From assembly GCA_951406725.2 (NCBI GenBank), contig OX597830.1, positions 42,656,001 to 42,720,000 on the forward strand: 64,000 nucleotides of DNA, in the 5' to 3' direction. The stretch is from Octopus vulgaris. Lineage: Eukaryota. Below the pieces are notes generated by a model. That model was not told where the DNA came from. It searched no databases and saw only the letters and a program-made list of their open reading frames with translations. Numbering within the stretch: the stretch's first letter is position 1; every line of letters starts with the position of its first letter. Shown piece after piece: positions 1-9,199 of this stretch. The position numbers and the translations under genes are program-made.

Positions 1-273
1 CACAGCCTACTGTCCTGAATACGGAAGGATGCATTGGATGATGTAGCCCCTTACATATGAAATGAAAAATGAAATGGTAACAGACAGAATGCTCGTTCTT
101 GTCATAGGTTTTTTTTTAACAAAGTTCACCTGAGACTAAACAGAGGATCTCTGAAGGCTGAAGTTCCCCCAAGGGACCTGTCCTTAATGCTTGCAAAAAG
201 TGGACTCTGTTAAAGAAACCTCAAGCCCTATGTGGTGGTGTTATGTTGAGCAATGGCTTAAGTCTACCAAACA

Positions 274-408
274 AGTAAGATTTGAACTCAGAATGCAAAG
301 ACCTGGAACAAATACCACAGTAAGATTTGAACTCAGAATGCAAAGACCTGGAACAAATACCACAGTAAGATTTGAACTCAGAATGCAAAGACCTGGAACA
401 AATACCAC
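274..408. repeat. Perfect tandem repeat, 3 x 45 bp, derived from a SINE head
   Basis: Unit AGTAAGATTTGAACTCAGAATGCAAAGACCTGGAACAAATACCAC starts at 274, 319 and 364. It contains the TTTGAACTCAGAA motif found in the SINE copies elsewhere in the window. Confidence 0.9.
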
Positions 409-869
409 AAGGCATTTCATTCATTGCTCTCATGTTTTCACAAGTCCATTGCCCTAGACTGGTACTTTATACATTAATCCCAGAAAGTAGAGTAGACTTT
501 AGCCAGATCTGAATTCAAAATGCAGAAAGCTGACATAAATACTGAAATGTCTTTTAGCTGACATTCTAATAACCATACCAATTCACTGCCTAATGTGAAT
601 GGCAAATGAGGAATGGACAAAGTAGAAAATAAAATGTTAAGTAATGTAACCATTTTCACATAACATGTACTCTAAATAGTGAGCTAAAAATTATTTAACA
701 TTGAATGTAAAAAAATTTTCCAAATGTCTCTCCTGAAGGGCTCTATCAAAAATGGTGGATATTTTGGGTCCTTCCATCACTATAAATCCAATTTGGCTTC
801 TCACTGAATTGAATCTTGCCAACACAAAACACACAAGTATGATTAAATCCAGGTGATCATGTCTCTCAC

Positions 870-1096
870 CTCTAAAAGTGCACTTTTCTCCACCTCTGCT
901 TTCCTCAGGTTGTCTTCCAAGACAAATGTTTTGGAATGGATTACCAACATATCATTCTCATCGTCTAACATTTCAACAAAGTCATCAGCTCGAGGTTTCT
1001 TGAATTGAAAAGGTGTACTTGCTCCTTTTACTTGCCCTGTTGATGCAACATAACAGAACTGGTAAAACTCCCCATCATCTCCTGGCATTTGATGTG
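870..1096 (-). CDS. TAX1BP1: TAX1BP1/CALCOCO-family protein, coding exon 2 (end of SKICH domain, CLIR, start of coiled coil)
   Basis: Acceptor tttttgcAG at 1098-1097; donor GAG|GTGAGA at 869. Translates (S)HQMPGDDGEFYQFCYVASTGQVKGASTPFQFKKPRADDFVEMLDDENDMLVIHSKTFVLEDNLRKAEVEKSALLE. DDGEFYQFCYV...GASTPFQF is the SKICH C-terminal signature. The phase-1 junction fits the upstream exon. The symbol is a family-level call. Confidence 0.93.
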
Positions 1097-1120
1097 CTGC
1101 AAAAAGATGTAAAAAAAAAG

Positions 1121-1151
<31 letters not shown>

Positions 1152-1164
1152 CAAAGTTAATCCA

Positions 1165-1365
1165 AACATGAAAACACAAAGAGAAATCACAACAACGCGA
1201 GGACATGGAACAAGTATAGTGTTATTGGACGCTCAGAAAAGGAAAGAAAGAAGGAGGATTTAACGTTTCGAGTGTAGCTCTTCGTCAGAAACATAGGAAG
1301 AGGAAAGATCCAAGGAAGGGTAGACGGAGGAAAAAAAAATCGCCAACGATACACACGCAGTCACA
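1165..1365 (-). mobile_element. Penelope-like terminal remnant carrying a hammerhead-like core
   Basis: Purine-skewed repeat. The minus strand reads CTGACGA-AGAGCTACACTC-GAAACGTTA at 1288-1261. A more decayed relative lies at about 46060-46190. Confidence 0.5.
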
Positions 1366-1587
1366 TATATATTAAGAAAAAGGAGGTAAACAAAATTTTG
1401 GACAATTCTTTATTAGCAGTTTCATTCATTCATACAGAATCTACAGATGTCTCCGTAAGAATTATCCAAAATTCTGACTACCTCCTTTTTCTTAATATAT
1501 AGAATCTGTACATCACTTCAAACAATCTATACATATATTACACACACACACATATATATATATATATATGAAACCTAGTGTTAATAT

Positions 1588-1970
1588 GTGGAGGTGTAAT
1601 GGCCCAGTGATTAGGGCAGCAGAATTATAGTCATAGGATCATGGTTTTGATTCATAGACTGGGCGTTGTGAGTGTTTATTGAATGAAAACACCTAAGGCT
1701 CCGGCAGGAGGTGGTGGCGAACCCTGCTGTACTCTTTTGCCACAGACTTTCTCTCACTCTTGCTTCCTGTTTCTATTGTACTTGTATTTCAAAGGGCCAG
1801 CCTTGTCACATACTGTGTTACACTGAATCTCCCCGAGAACTACATTAAGGGTACACATGTCTGTGGAGTGCTCAGTCACTCGCACGTTAGTTTCATGAGC
1901 AGGCTGTTCTGTTGATTGGATCAACTGGAACCCTCATCGTCATAACCAACAGAGTGCCACAACAACAACA
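1588..1970 (+). mobile_element. tRNA-derived SINE (family D), full length
   Basis: Head GTGGAGGTGTAATGGCCCAGTGATTAGGGCAG with A/B-box-like motifs, (ACA)n tail and an 11-bp TSD AGTGTTAATAT (1577-1587 and 1971-1981). Second copy at 58922-59311. Confidence 0.88.
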
Positions 1971-2146
1971 AGTGTTAATATCATCATTTTTATATATGTG
2001 CTTTTCATTGTTAGTTTAGGTTGGAAAGGACTTGTTGGAACAGGGTTTTCCAGTCAGATGGCTGTCCTGATACCTACTGCTTTTTGTTGCTTCTTTTCAC
2101 ATGCAGGAAAATGGTACATGTTTTCTAAATATATATATGTGTATAT

Positions 2147-2512
2147 ATCTTTTATCCTTTGTCTGTTTCAATTATTAGAATGTGGCCAAGCTGGGGCACC
2201 ACCTTGAAGAATTTTTTAGATGATGGAATCAACCCTAGTACTTACTTATTTTTTTTAAAAGCTTGGTACTTACTCTCTCGGTCTCGTTTGCCAAACTGCT
2301 AAGTTACAGGGATGTAAACGTACTAACAGTGATTGTTAAGCAGTGGCAGGGCACAAACACAGATACAAACACACATGACAGGCTTCTTTTTGTCTACCAA
2401 ATCCACTCACAAGGCTTTGGTTGGGCCAAGACACTTGGCCAAGGTGTCATGCAGTGGGACTCCACCTGGAATCATGTGGTTGGGAAGCAAATGTCTCACT
2501 ACACAACCACAC
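2147..2512 (-). mobile_element. SINE family B copy
   Basis: Reverse complement of the GTGGCTGTGTGGT...CACCTTGGGCAAGTGTCTT...CCAGCATGGCC...GAAACAAG repeat also seen at 8845, 9401, 32806 and 48977. Confidence 0.75.
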
Positions 2513-3468
2513 TAGTGCTTATATATAAATGTATATAATATATATATAAATATATATAATATAAATAATATATAAATACATGCATATATACATACATATA
2601 TGTACATACCTACATATATATGTATATATACATGCATATATGGGCACAGGACATAAAAAAAAAACGCTGAACATGAGAAAACGAAAGCATAAAAACAAAA
2701 ACATAGAAAATGAACTTTTTTTCAAACAACAAAAAAAAACAGAGAAACGAGAAATGCAACATAAAGAATATTCTCCTTCATCAGCTGTCCTTGTTTCATC
2801 TATTCCGCGTTTCAAAGGCACATGAACACACCCACACATATATATATATATATCTATATATGCACACATATGCGAAATATGCATTCATATATGTGTGCAT
2901 GTGTGTGAAAGCACATATTATGCACATATATACACACATACACGTATAACAGATATATTATACATCTCTGTCTACACACACACAAAATATGTGTATTATA
3001 AATGTATACATTAAGCTAAATTAAAGTCTGTCTCAAGCTTACAGGCTTATTAGGTTAGTGCCTTTCTCAATTTCTGAGGCATTTAAGCAAATGAAATTAC
3101 GAAACTATGTTACAAAACTGAATGCAAGACCAGCTGCTGCTTGTATTCGTTTCAGCTGAGTCAGTTGGAACCACATGAAATGAAGTGCCCTGCTCAATGA
3201 TGCAACAGGATGCATGTCTTAGAATCGAACCCACAAAACTAACAACCGTAAGTCCAACATTCCAGTCATTAGGCTACGTGCCTCCATGTACACATCTAAA
3301 ATAATATACATGCATGTTACTACTCTTTGTGGTACAGGTCATCTGAAGGAAGAGATAAAGTTAATAAAATTTGAACTCAAATCATTGAATGACAAAATTA
3401 CATATCATAAGACATTGTTAGTATTTAGTGTGTAAGTATGTAGTTACAACCAATGTTTTGAAACTTAC

Positions 3469-3757
3469 ATGGAAAGAGTATGTTGCCTTCAAATTCTTTT
3501 CCTGCTTTATAATCCTTGAGAGGGGTACACCACTCATAATAGATGTAGTTGTGTGAGGAAATCCAGCCAACTTTATATAAACCAACCCAATCTCTGTTTG
3601 ATGGCTGATAGTCAGATGTGATTGTATAATGACATTCAATATGGGCATCAGTGGGATAAGTTTCGGGCATAGAAGGGAATACGACAACAGCAAAATCTGA
3701 ATGCCTGAAACTAATTTCACCAGTAGCCATGTTGATTTCAGTTCTGCCAGTACTCAT
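3469..3757 (-). CDS. TAX1BP1: TAX1BP1/CALCOCO-family protein, coding exon 1 (SKICH domain N-terminal part)
   Basis: Acceptor ttttacAG at 3761-3760, ATG at 3757 (alternative ATG at 3730), donor CCA T|GTAAG at 3468. Translates MSTGRTEINMATGEISFRHSDFAVVVFPSMPETYPTDAHIECHYTITSDYQPSNRDWVGLYKVGWISSHNYIYYEW...EGNILFP with the SKICH DWVG-Y-VGW motif. The acceptor implies a non-coding exon further upstream. Confidence 0.92.
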
Positions 3758-4105
3758 AACTGTAAAATTAAAAGAAAGAAAAAAGAATAAATACATTATA
3801 TATGTATACATAGTGGTTGGTGTTAAGAAGGGCATCCAGCTGTAGAAACTTTGCCAGATCAGATTGAGCCTGGTGCAGCCTTCTGGCTCACCAGTCCTCA
3901 GTCAAACCATCCAACCCATGCCAGCATTTTAGATACTATTGGATTTTACCTCATTCTGAAAAAAAATTTTTTATATACACACACGCTGATATATGACCTA
4001 TGGTGGACTCCTTATTCGCATAATCACTGAACCTGGAGCTTAACTTACCTGACACCTTTGGGTCTTACTGACACCATTACCTCTCATAACCTATATATAT
4101 ATATA

Positions 4106-4574
4106 CTAGCAGTATCGCCCGGGGTTGCTCGGGTTTGTAAGGGAAATAACTATATAAGCATTTTTAGTGAGTTATAGCAAAAAAATAGCAAAAAATGCAT
4201 TAAAAATGGAATAAAAAATGATGGTAATTTTTTTTTTAAATCGTTGACTCATCGTAGACATTTTTAGAGAGTTACTTCCCTTATATAATAGCGAAAAATG
4301 CATTAAAATGGAATAAAAAATGATGGTAATTTTTTTTTAATCGTTGACTCATCGTAGACATTTTTAAAGAGTTACTTCCCTTATATAATAGCGAAAAATG
4401 CATTAAAATGGAATAAAAAATGATGGTAAATTTTTTTTTAAATCGTAGACGCGCGCTAATACCCAGAAGGGCTCGATATGAATCACGACTATAAACTGCA
4501 CCGCAAAATGTGGGAGTAGTTAGGAATCTAAATTGTAGGAGACAGACACACAACCTTACTTTTATATATAAAGA
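4106..4574 (-). mobile_element. Non-autonomous Helitron, complete
   Basis: The minus strand begins A|TCTTTATATATAAAAG and ends with hairpin CCCGAGCAACCCCGGG then ATACTGCTAG|T. It sits between A and T with no TSD. Internal ~100-bp tandem repeats at about 4190-4445. Confidence 0.85.
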
Positions 4575-5074
4575 TTTGTGCAACAACTAAAACATTCGGT
4601 TGTGCAAATTGTTTGCACAGGAAACCTGCCCTGTGTGGCGGTAATTGCCGTTTTTGTGGATCTGTTTCAGCTTTTTTAGCGATTTCTGTTTTGGCGACTT
4701 CAAGCCATGAAGTTGTTGTTCTAAAAGAACGCTGGTCTCCTTGACAACACATTACGACGTTGATTTCCTTAAACTCCCTTCCCCACAGCTTCATGAGTGA
4801 GGGAAGAAGGGGGAGAAGCAAACAGGTGCAGGTGTGAGCGTGGACGCCAACTCCGCCGCCATTGACACATGAAAAAATATGCATTAAAATGGAATAAAAA
4901 ATTATGTTAAATTATTTTTAAAATCGTAGACTCATCGTAGATGCGCGCTAATACCCAGAAGGGCTCGATATGAATCACGACTATAAGATACCCGAATTTG
5001 GTTAAACTGCACCGCAAAATGTGGGAGTAGTTAGGAATCTAAATCGAAGGGGACAGACACTCACACAACTACAG
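4575..5074 (-). mobile_element. Related Helitron segment abutting the complete copy, lacking its own 3' end
   Basis: Highly similar to 37045-37455, including the pseudo-ORF text LLLPLLPSL.KLWGREFKEINVVM shared by both copies. Confidence 0.8.
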
Positions 5075-5857
5075 AATTACATACAGGTAATGATTACAGG
5101 TAGGAAGTCCAAAGGTCAAAAGAAAAGTTCTTTTCTAAAAATAAACATGACATAGTAAACAGGAAGATAGCCTCAATTTATATTCCATCTTAGAACTTCA
5201 TGAAAATAAACATCAACAAATTCTGATGAGTTTGATGCTACATTCATAGCCTACCCAGAGACTCAAAAGGAATAATTAAATGTAACAACAGTACTAATGA
5301 TTCACAGTGTAGCATTAAATAAACATAGGACTAAATTGGAAAATTTGAACTTAATTCAACAACACAAAAATTCAGTAACAAGAATAACATGTCTTAATTA
5401 CAAACCAAATTATCAAAGTATGAATAAGTAAACAATTGCCCAACCCAATTTTTTTGTAACTATGCTATAAAAAAAAAAGTCCTTGGATTTTTGTTTTCAA
5501 CACTACAGATTCACATTGCCAAAAAATTAAATAAATAAAAATTAAAAAAGGGAGAGAGTGTTTAGAGATACTTTCCACTTTTTAATGTTCATGTGTTTAC
5601 AAATAGATTTGCTTTTGTTTGTGTGTGTGAGTAACATATCATTTAAAGACTATCTTTTAACTTTTACTTGCTTTAATCATTGGTCTGTGGTCAACGCTGG
5701 GGCACTACCTTGAAGGGTTTAGTCACAGAAACCGACCCCAGTTATCAGATGGTGGGAAAATAATCACACACACATCACAGGCTTTCACAGTTTCTGTCAA
5801 TCGAATTCATTCACAGGGCTTGAGACTATAGTAGAAGACACATGTCCAAGGTACCAA

Positions 5858-6254
5858 TAACAGAATCAAATGGTTGCAGCACTGGTAATGATCTTTATTT
5901 CTACCTTTAATAAACTGAAGCAACTGGACATTCAATTCAGAAAGTGAATCAATACATATTTATTTTGTTCGCATTGGAGTATTTTGAACTGTGTGTGCAG
6001 ATAACCAGAACAATTACTGCCCAAGCCAGAGCAATCAGTATAAAGTAATTAATTGTTCTGGCTATCTGCACACACAGTTCAAAATACTCTGATGTCAATT
6101 TTGCCTTTCATTCTTTCAAAGTTGATAAACAAAATAATGTGTATTCATTTAGTATTGTAACTGATTCACTTTCTGAATAGAAAGTCCAGTTGCTTCAGTT
6201 TATTAAAGGTAGAAAAAAGATCATTACCAAGGCTGCAACCATGTGATTCTGTTA
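5858..6254. repeat. Long imperfect inverted repeat (foldback)
   Basis: Arms at about 5858-6016 and 6050-6254, e.g. CTACCTTTAATAAACTGAAGCAACTGGAC vs GTCCAGTTGCTTCAGTTTATTAAAGGTAG and GAGTATTTTGAACTGTGTGTGCAGATA vs TATCTGCACACACAGTTCAAAATACTC. Confidence 0.9.
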
Positions 6255-6322
6255 CTTTAACTCAACCAGCTGGTCTCATTCATTCATTCATTCTTATGTA
6301 CAAACTAAAAAACAAACAAACA

Positions 6323-7115
6323 AAGCAGACTTTGTAGAAGTAACACTGAAGATATCACTCATGTCATAAGCAGTTGCCCAAAAATATCATCAGAATATTA
6401 TCTACTGAGACATGATGCTGTAACTAGGACACTGTATAATGAGATCCGTCAAAGTGATAACCCCAAAGACAAAGAAATAAGAGCCCACAGTAGGTAAGAG
6501 CCGTAGTCACACAATAAAAAAGGAGCACTGGTGGAATGTCCCAGTGAAAAGATCAATGTGTAAACACAATAGACCTGTTATAATGATTTGGGATAAAGAA
6601 AAGAAATTGCACAGTTGTGGAAATCAGGTGCCCAGCAGATGTTAATATAAAGCTAAAGATCAGTGAGACAGAGAATACCTACGTTGAACTACTGAGAAAT
6701 CTGCGGTTACTCTATCCAGATTATATGCTCAGGTTTATACTTGTAATTACTGGGGCCCTGGGATATGTAACACACTGCTTAAATACCAATCTTGATAAGT
6801 TAGGCTTCTCAAAATCAGAAAGGAGAATGCTGATTCAAAGACCTCAGATCCAAGCCATCACTGGAAATGTAAAAATCTGTAAAACTTTCCAAAAGTTTTA
6901 TCATTTGAGTATATATGATCGTGTCTAGATATGAAACTATATGCATGTAACTACAGACATAAAACAAAACATAGAAATCTGCACATATACATATATGCAT
7001 AGAAACAAAAATACCCTGTTGTTGATGCTGAAATTCCAATGAGGGGGCCCTTGGATCTAGGTTAGAAACAAGCTCTTTCTCTGTTGGCAAGATATCTTAA
7101 AATAAAACTGAATAA
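6323..7115 (+). mobile_element. 3' remnant of an R4/Dong-like non-LTR retrotransposon (CCHC knuckle plus restriction-like endonuclease)
   Basis: Degenerate translation RLCRSNTEDITHVISSCPK...RHDAV...WWNVP...HNRPV-MIWD...VEIRCPADVNI...GALG, followed by a 3' UTR ending AAACTGAATAA. A shorter 3' copy lies at about 10110-10385. Confidence 0.8.
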
Positions 7116-7265
7116 TGTCAGACAGACATAGCACCTGTTTCAATCCGTCCCATCATCACCTGGCACAAGGCCAACTACCCCAGTACCCCATGCCCCTTTC
7201 AAAGGATCTTTGTCTTGCAAATTACTTGGAGCTTCCAGCTGTAAAAACCATACCAAATCATACCT

Positions 7266-7490
7266 ATTTCTTTACTACCCACAAACACAGAGAGGACAAA
7301 CAAGGACAAACGGATTAAGTCGATTACATCGATCCCAGTGCGTAACTGGTACTTAATTTATCGACCCCGAAAGGATGAAAGGCAAAGTCGACCTCGGCGG
7401 AATTTGAACTCAGAACGTAACGGCAGACAAAATACGGTTACGCATTTCACCCGGTGTGCTAACATTTCTGCCAGCTCGCCGCCTTAGCAT
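7266..7490 (-). mobile_element. tRNA-derived SINE (family A) with 19-bp TSD
   Basis: Minus strand GGCGAGCTGGCAGAA...GAGTTCAAATTCCGCCGAGGTCGACTTTGCCTTTCATCCTTTCGGGGTCGATAAATT; direct repeat ACCATACCAAATCATACCT at 7247-7265 and 7491-7509. Other copies at about 17975, 21280, 39680, 45110, 50060, 52480, 55530 and 55750. The central block resembles the Meta domain of MetaSINEs (from memory). Confidence 0.9.
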
Positions 7491-8570
7491 ACCATACCAA
7501 ATCATACCTCGCCAGTGCTGGTGCCATGTAAAAGGCACTCAGTTGGGCATCGAACCATAGAACCCATGTTACAACAGACAATGAAGCCTGGTGCAGACTT
7601 CAGACTCGTCAGCTCCTGTCAAACCATCCAACCCATGCCATCATGGAAAACGATCGTCAAATGATGATGATAATGGTGATGATATATTGTAAATGCAATA
7701 AACAATAAAACAAGCAACACAGGAGGGACAAGATTGATCAAATACTGTATTAATTCAATGCTGAAAAGGAAGAGAGAAAAATCTAAACGTTTCCGATGTT
7801 AATCCTTCATCAGGAGAAACAGAAAAGCATAGGGACTGGGGAAGAGGCAAATTCAGTGAGAGCGGGGGAAAACGGACAAGGTGGGAATGGGAAGAGAGGA
7901 GAGATGGATACATATTTACAAGTATCAGAGTGAATCCGTTTTTAGAGAGACAAATATATGAGAGGGAGTGGTATGTGCGACATTTTTGGTAAGTGTTTAT
8001 AAGTCAGCAAGTGCAGAAGTATAGTAGTGTAGGTTGTGTGTGTGTGTGTGTGTGTTTGAGGAAGGTGTGGATGAGATGAGATATGAGTGGACGGGAGTGG
8101 GAGAGGAAAAAGAAAATAAGAGTAATGTGGGCAACACGCTGTGACATGAAAGGAAAAAATGAATAAAAGAGGCAAAAGTGAGTGGAAAGATGCAAGTTCG
8201 ACAAGGCAAAAATTGTTTACAATATAAAATACTTGTCTAACTATACAATGTGCGTAGTCGTCACTTTACCGTCTCTCTATCACACACAAACACACTCTCT
8301 AGCTGAGGAAACCATGCCCAACAGAAAAGGTAACTGATAGCCTTATTAAAAACAGAAAGAAAAGAAAATATAAAAGACCACCGAAAAAGGAAAAAAAAAA
8401 AAAAAAAAAAGCCGACGGACAACTGTCACGTATCAGAATGTGTGCGAGAAGTTCCTTTTGCAGGAACGTGACTCAATAGTTTATCACAGGACGGGTACCT
8501 GAAGCATCCGATAATTTTGCGGAAGCCCGTCATGTCTGTGTCGATTTATCTACTCCCTCCTCTGTGTGTG

Positions 8571-8730
<160 letters not shown>

Positions 8731-8844
8731 AAAAGTTTAGTTGCCAACACAACGTGGTAGTCCTGAATAGGACTATGTTACTACTTTTTAATCTCAGGTA
8801 ACGTTTTTTCCAGCTGGTTATCGATGCATGATCTGTATCATCTG

Positions 8845-9199
8845 CACATGGTTCCGGGTTCATTCCACTGTGTGGCACCTTGGGCAAGTGTCTTCTACTA
8901 TAGCCTCGAGCCGACCAAAGCCTTGTGAGTGGATTTAGTAGACGGAAACTGAAAGAAGCCCGTCGTATATATGTATATATATGTCTGTGTATATGTTTGC
9001 GTGTCTGTGTTGGTCCACCCCAACATCGCTTGACAACCGATGGTGGTGTGTTTACGTCCCCGTAACTTAGCGGTTCGGCAAAAGAGCTGATAGAATAAGT
9101 ACTAGGCTTCCAAAGAATAAGTCCCGGGGTCGATTTGCTCGACTAAAGGCGTTGCTCCAGTATGGCCGCAGTCAAATGACTGAAACAAGTAAAAGAGTA
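8845..9199 (+). mobile_element. SINE family B copy, 5' truncated
   Basis: CACATGGTTCCGGGTTCA...GGCACCTTGGGCAAGTGTCTTCTACTATAGCCTCG, an internal microsatellite and the tail GAAACAAGTAAAAGAG. A further copy is at 9401-9675. Confidence 0.88.

Noticed and set aside
191-457. Repetitive ORFs, or a CRISPR-like look, from the 45-bp repeat
   Set aside because: Units are contiguous with no spacers, derive from a SINE head and sit in a eukaryotic context. ORFs on both strands follow from a unit length divisible by 3.
1588-1665. tRNA gene
   Set aside because: Only a tRNA-like SINE head: it continues into a SINE body with tail and TSD, and no full cloverleaf is evident. The same applies at 58922.
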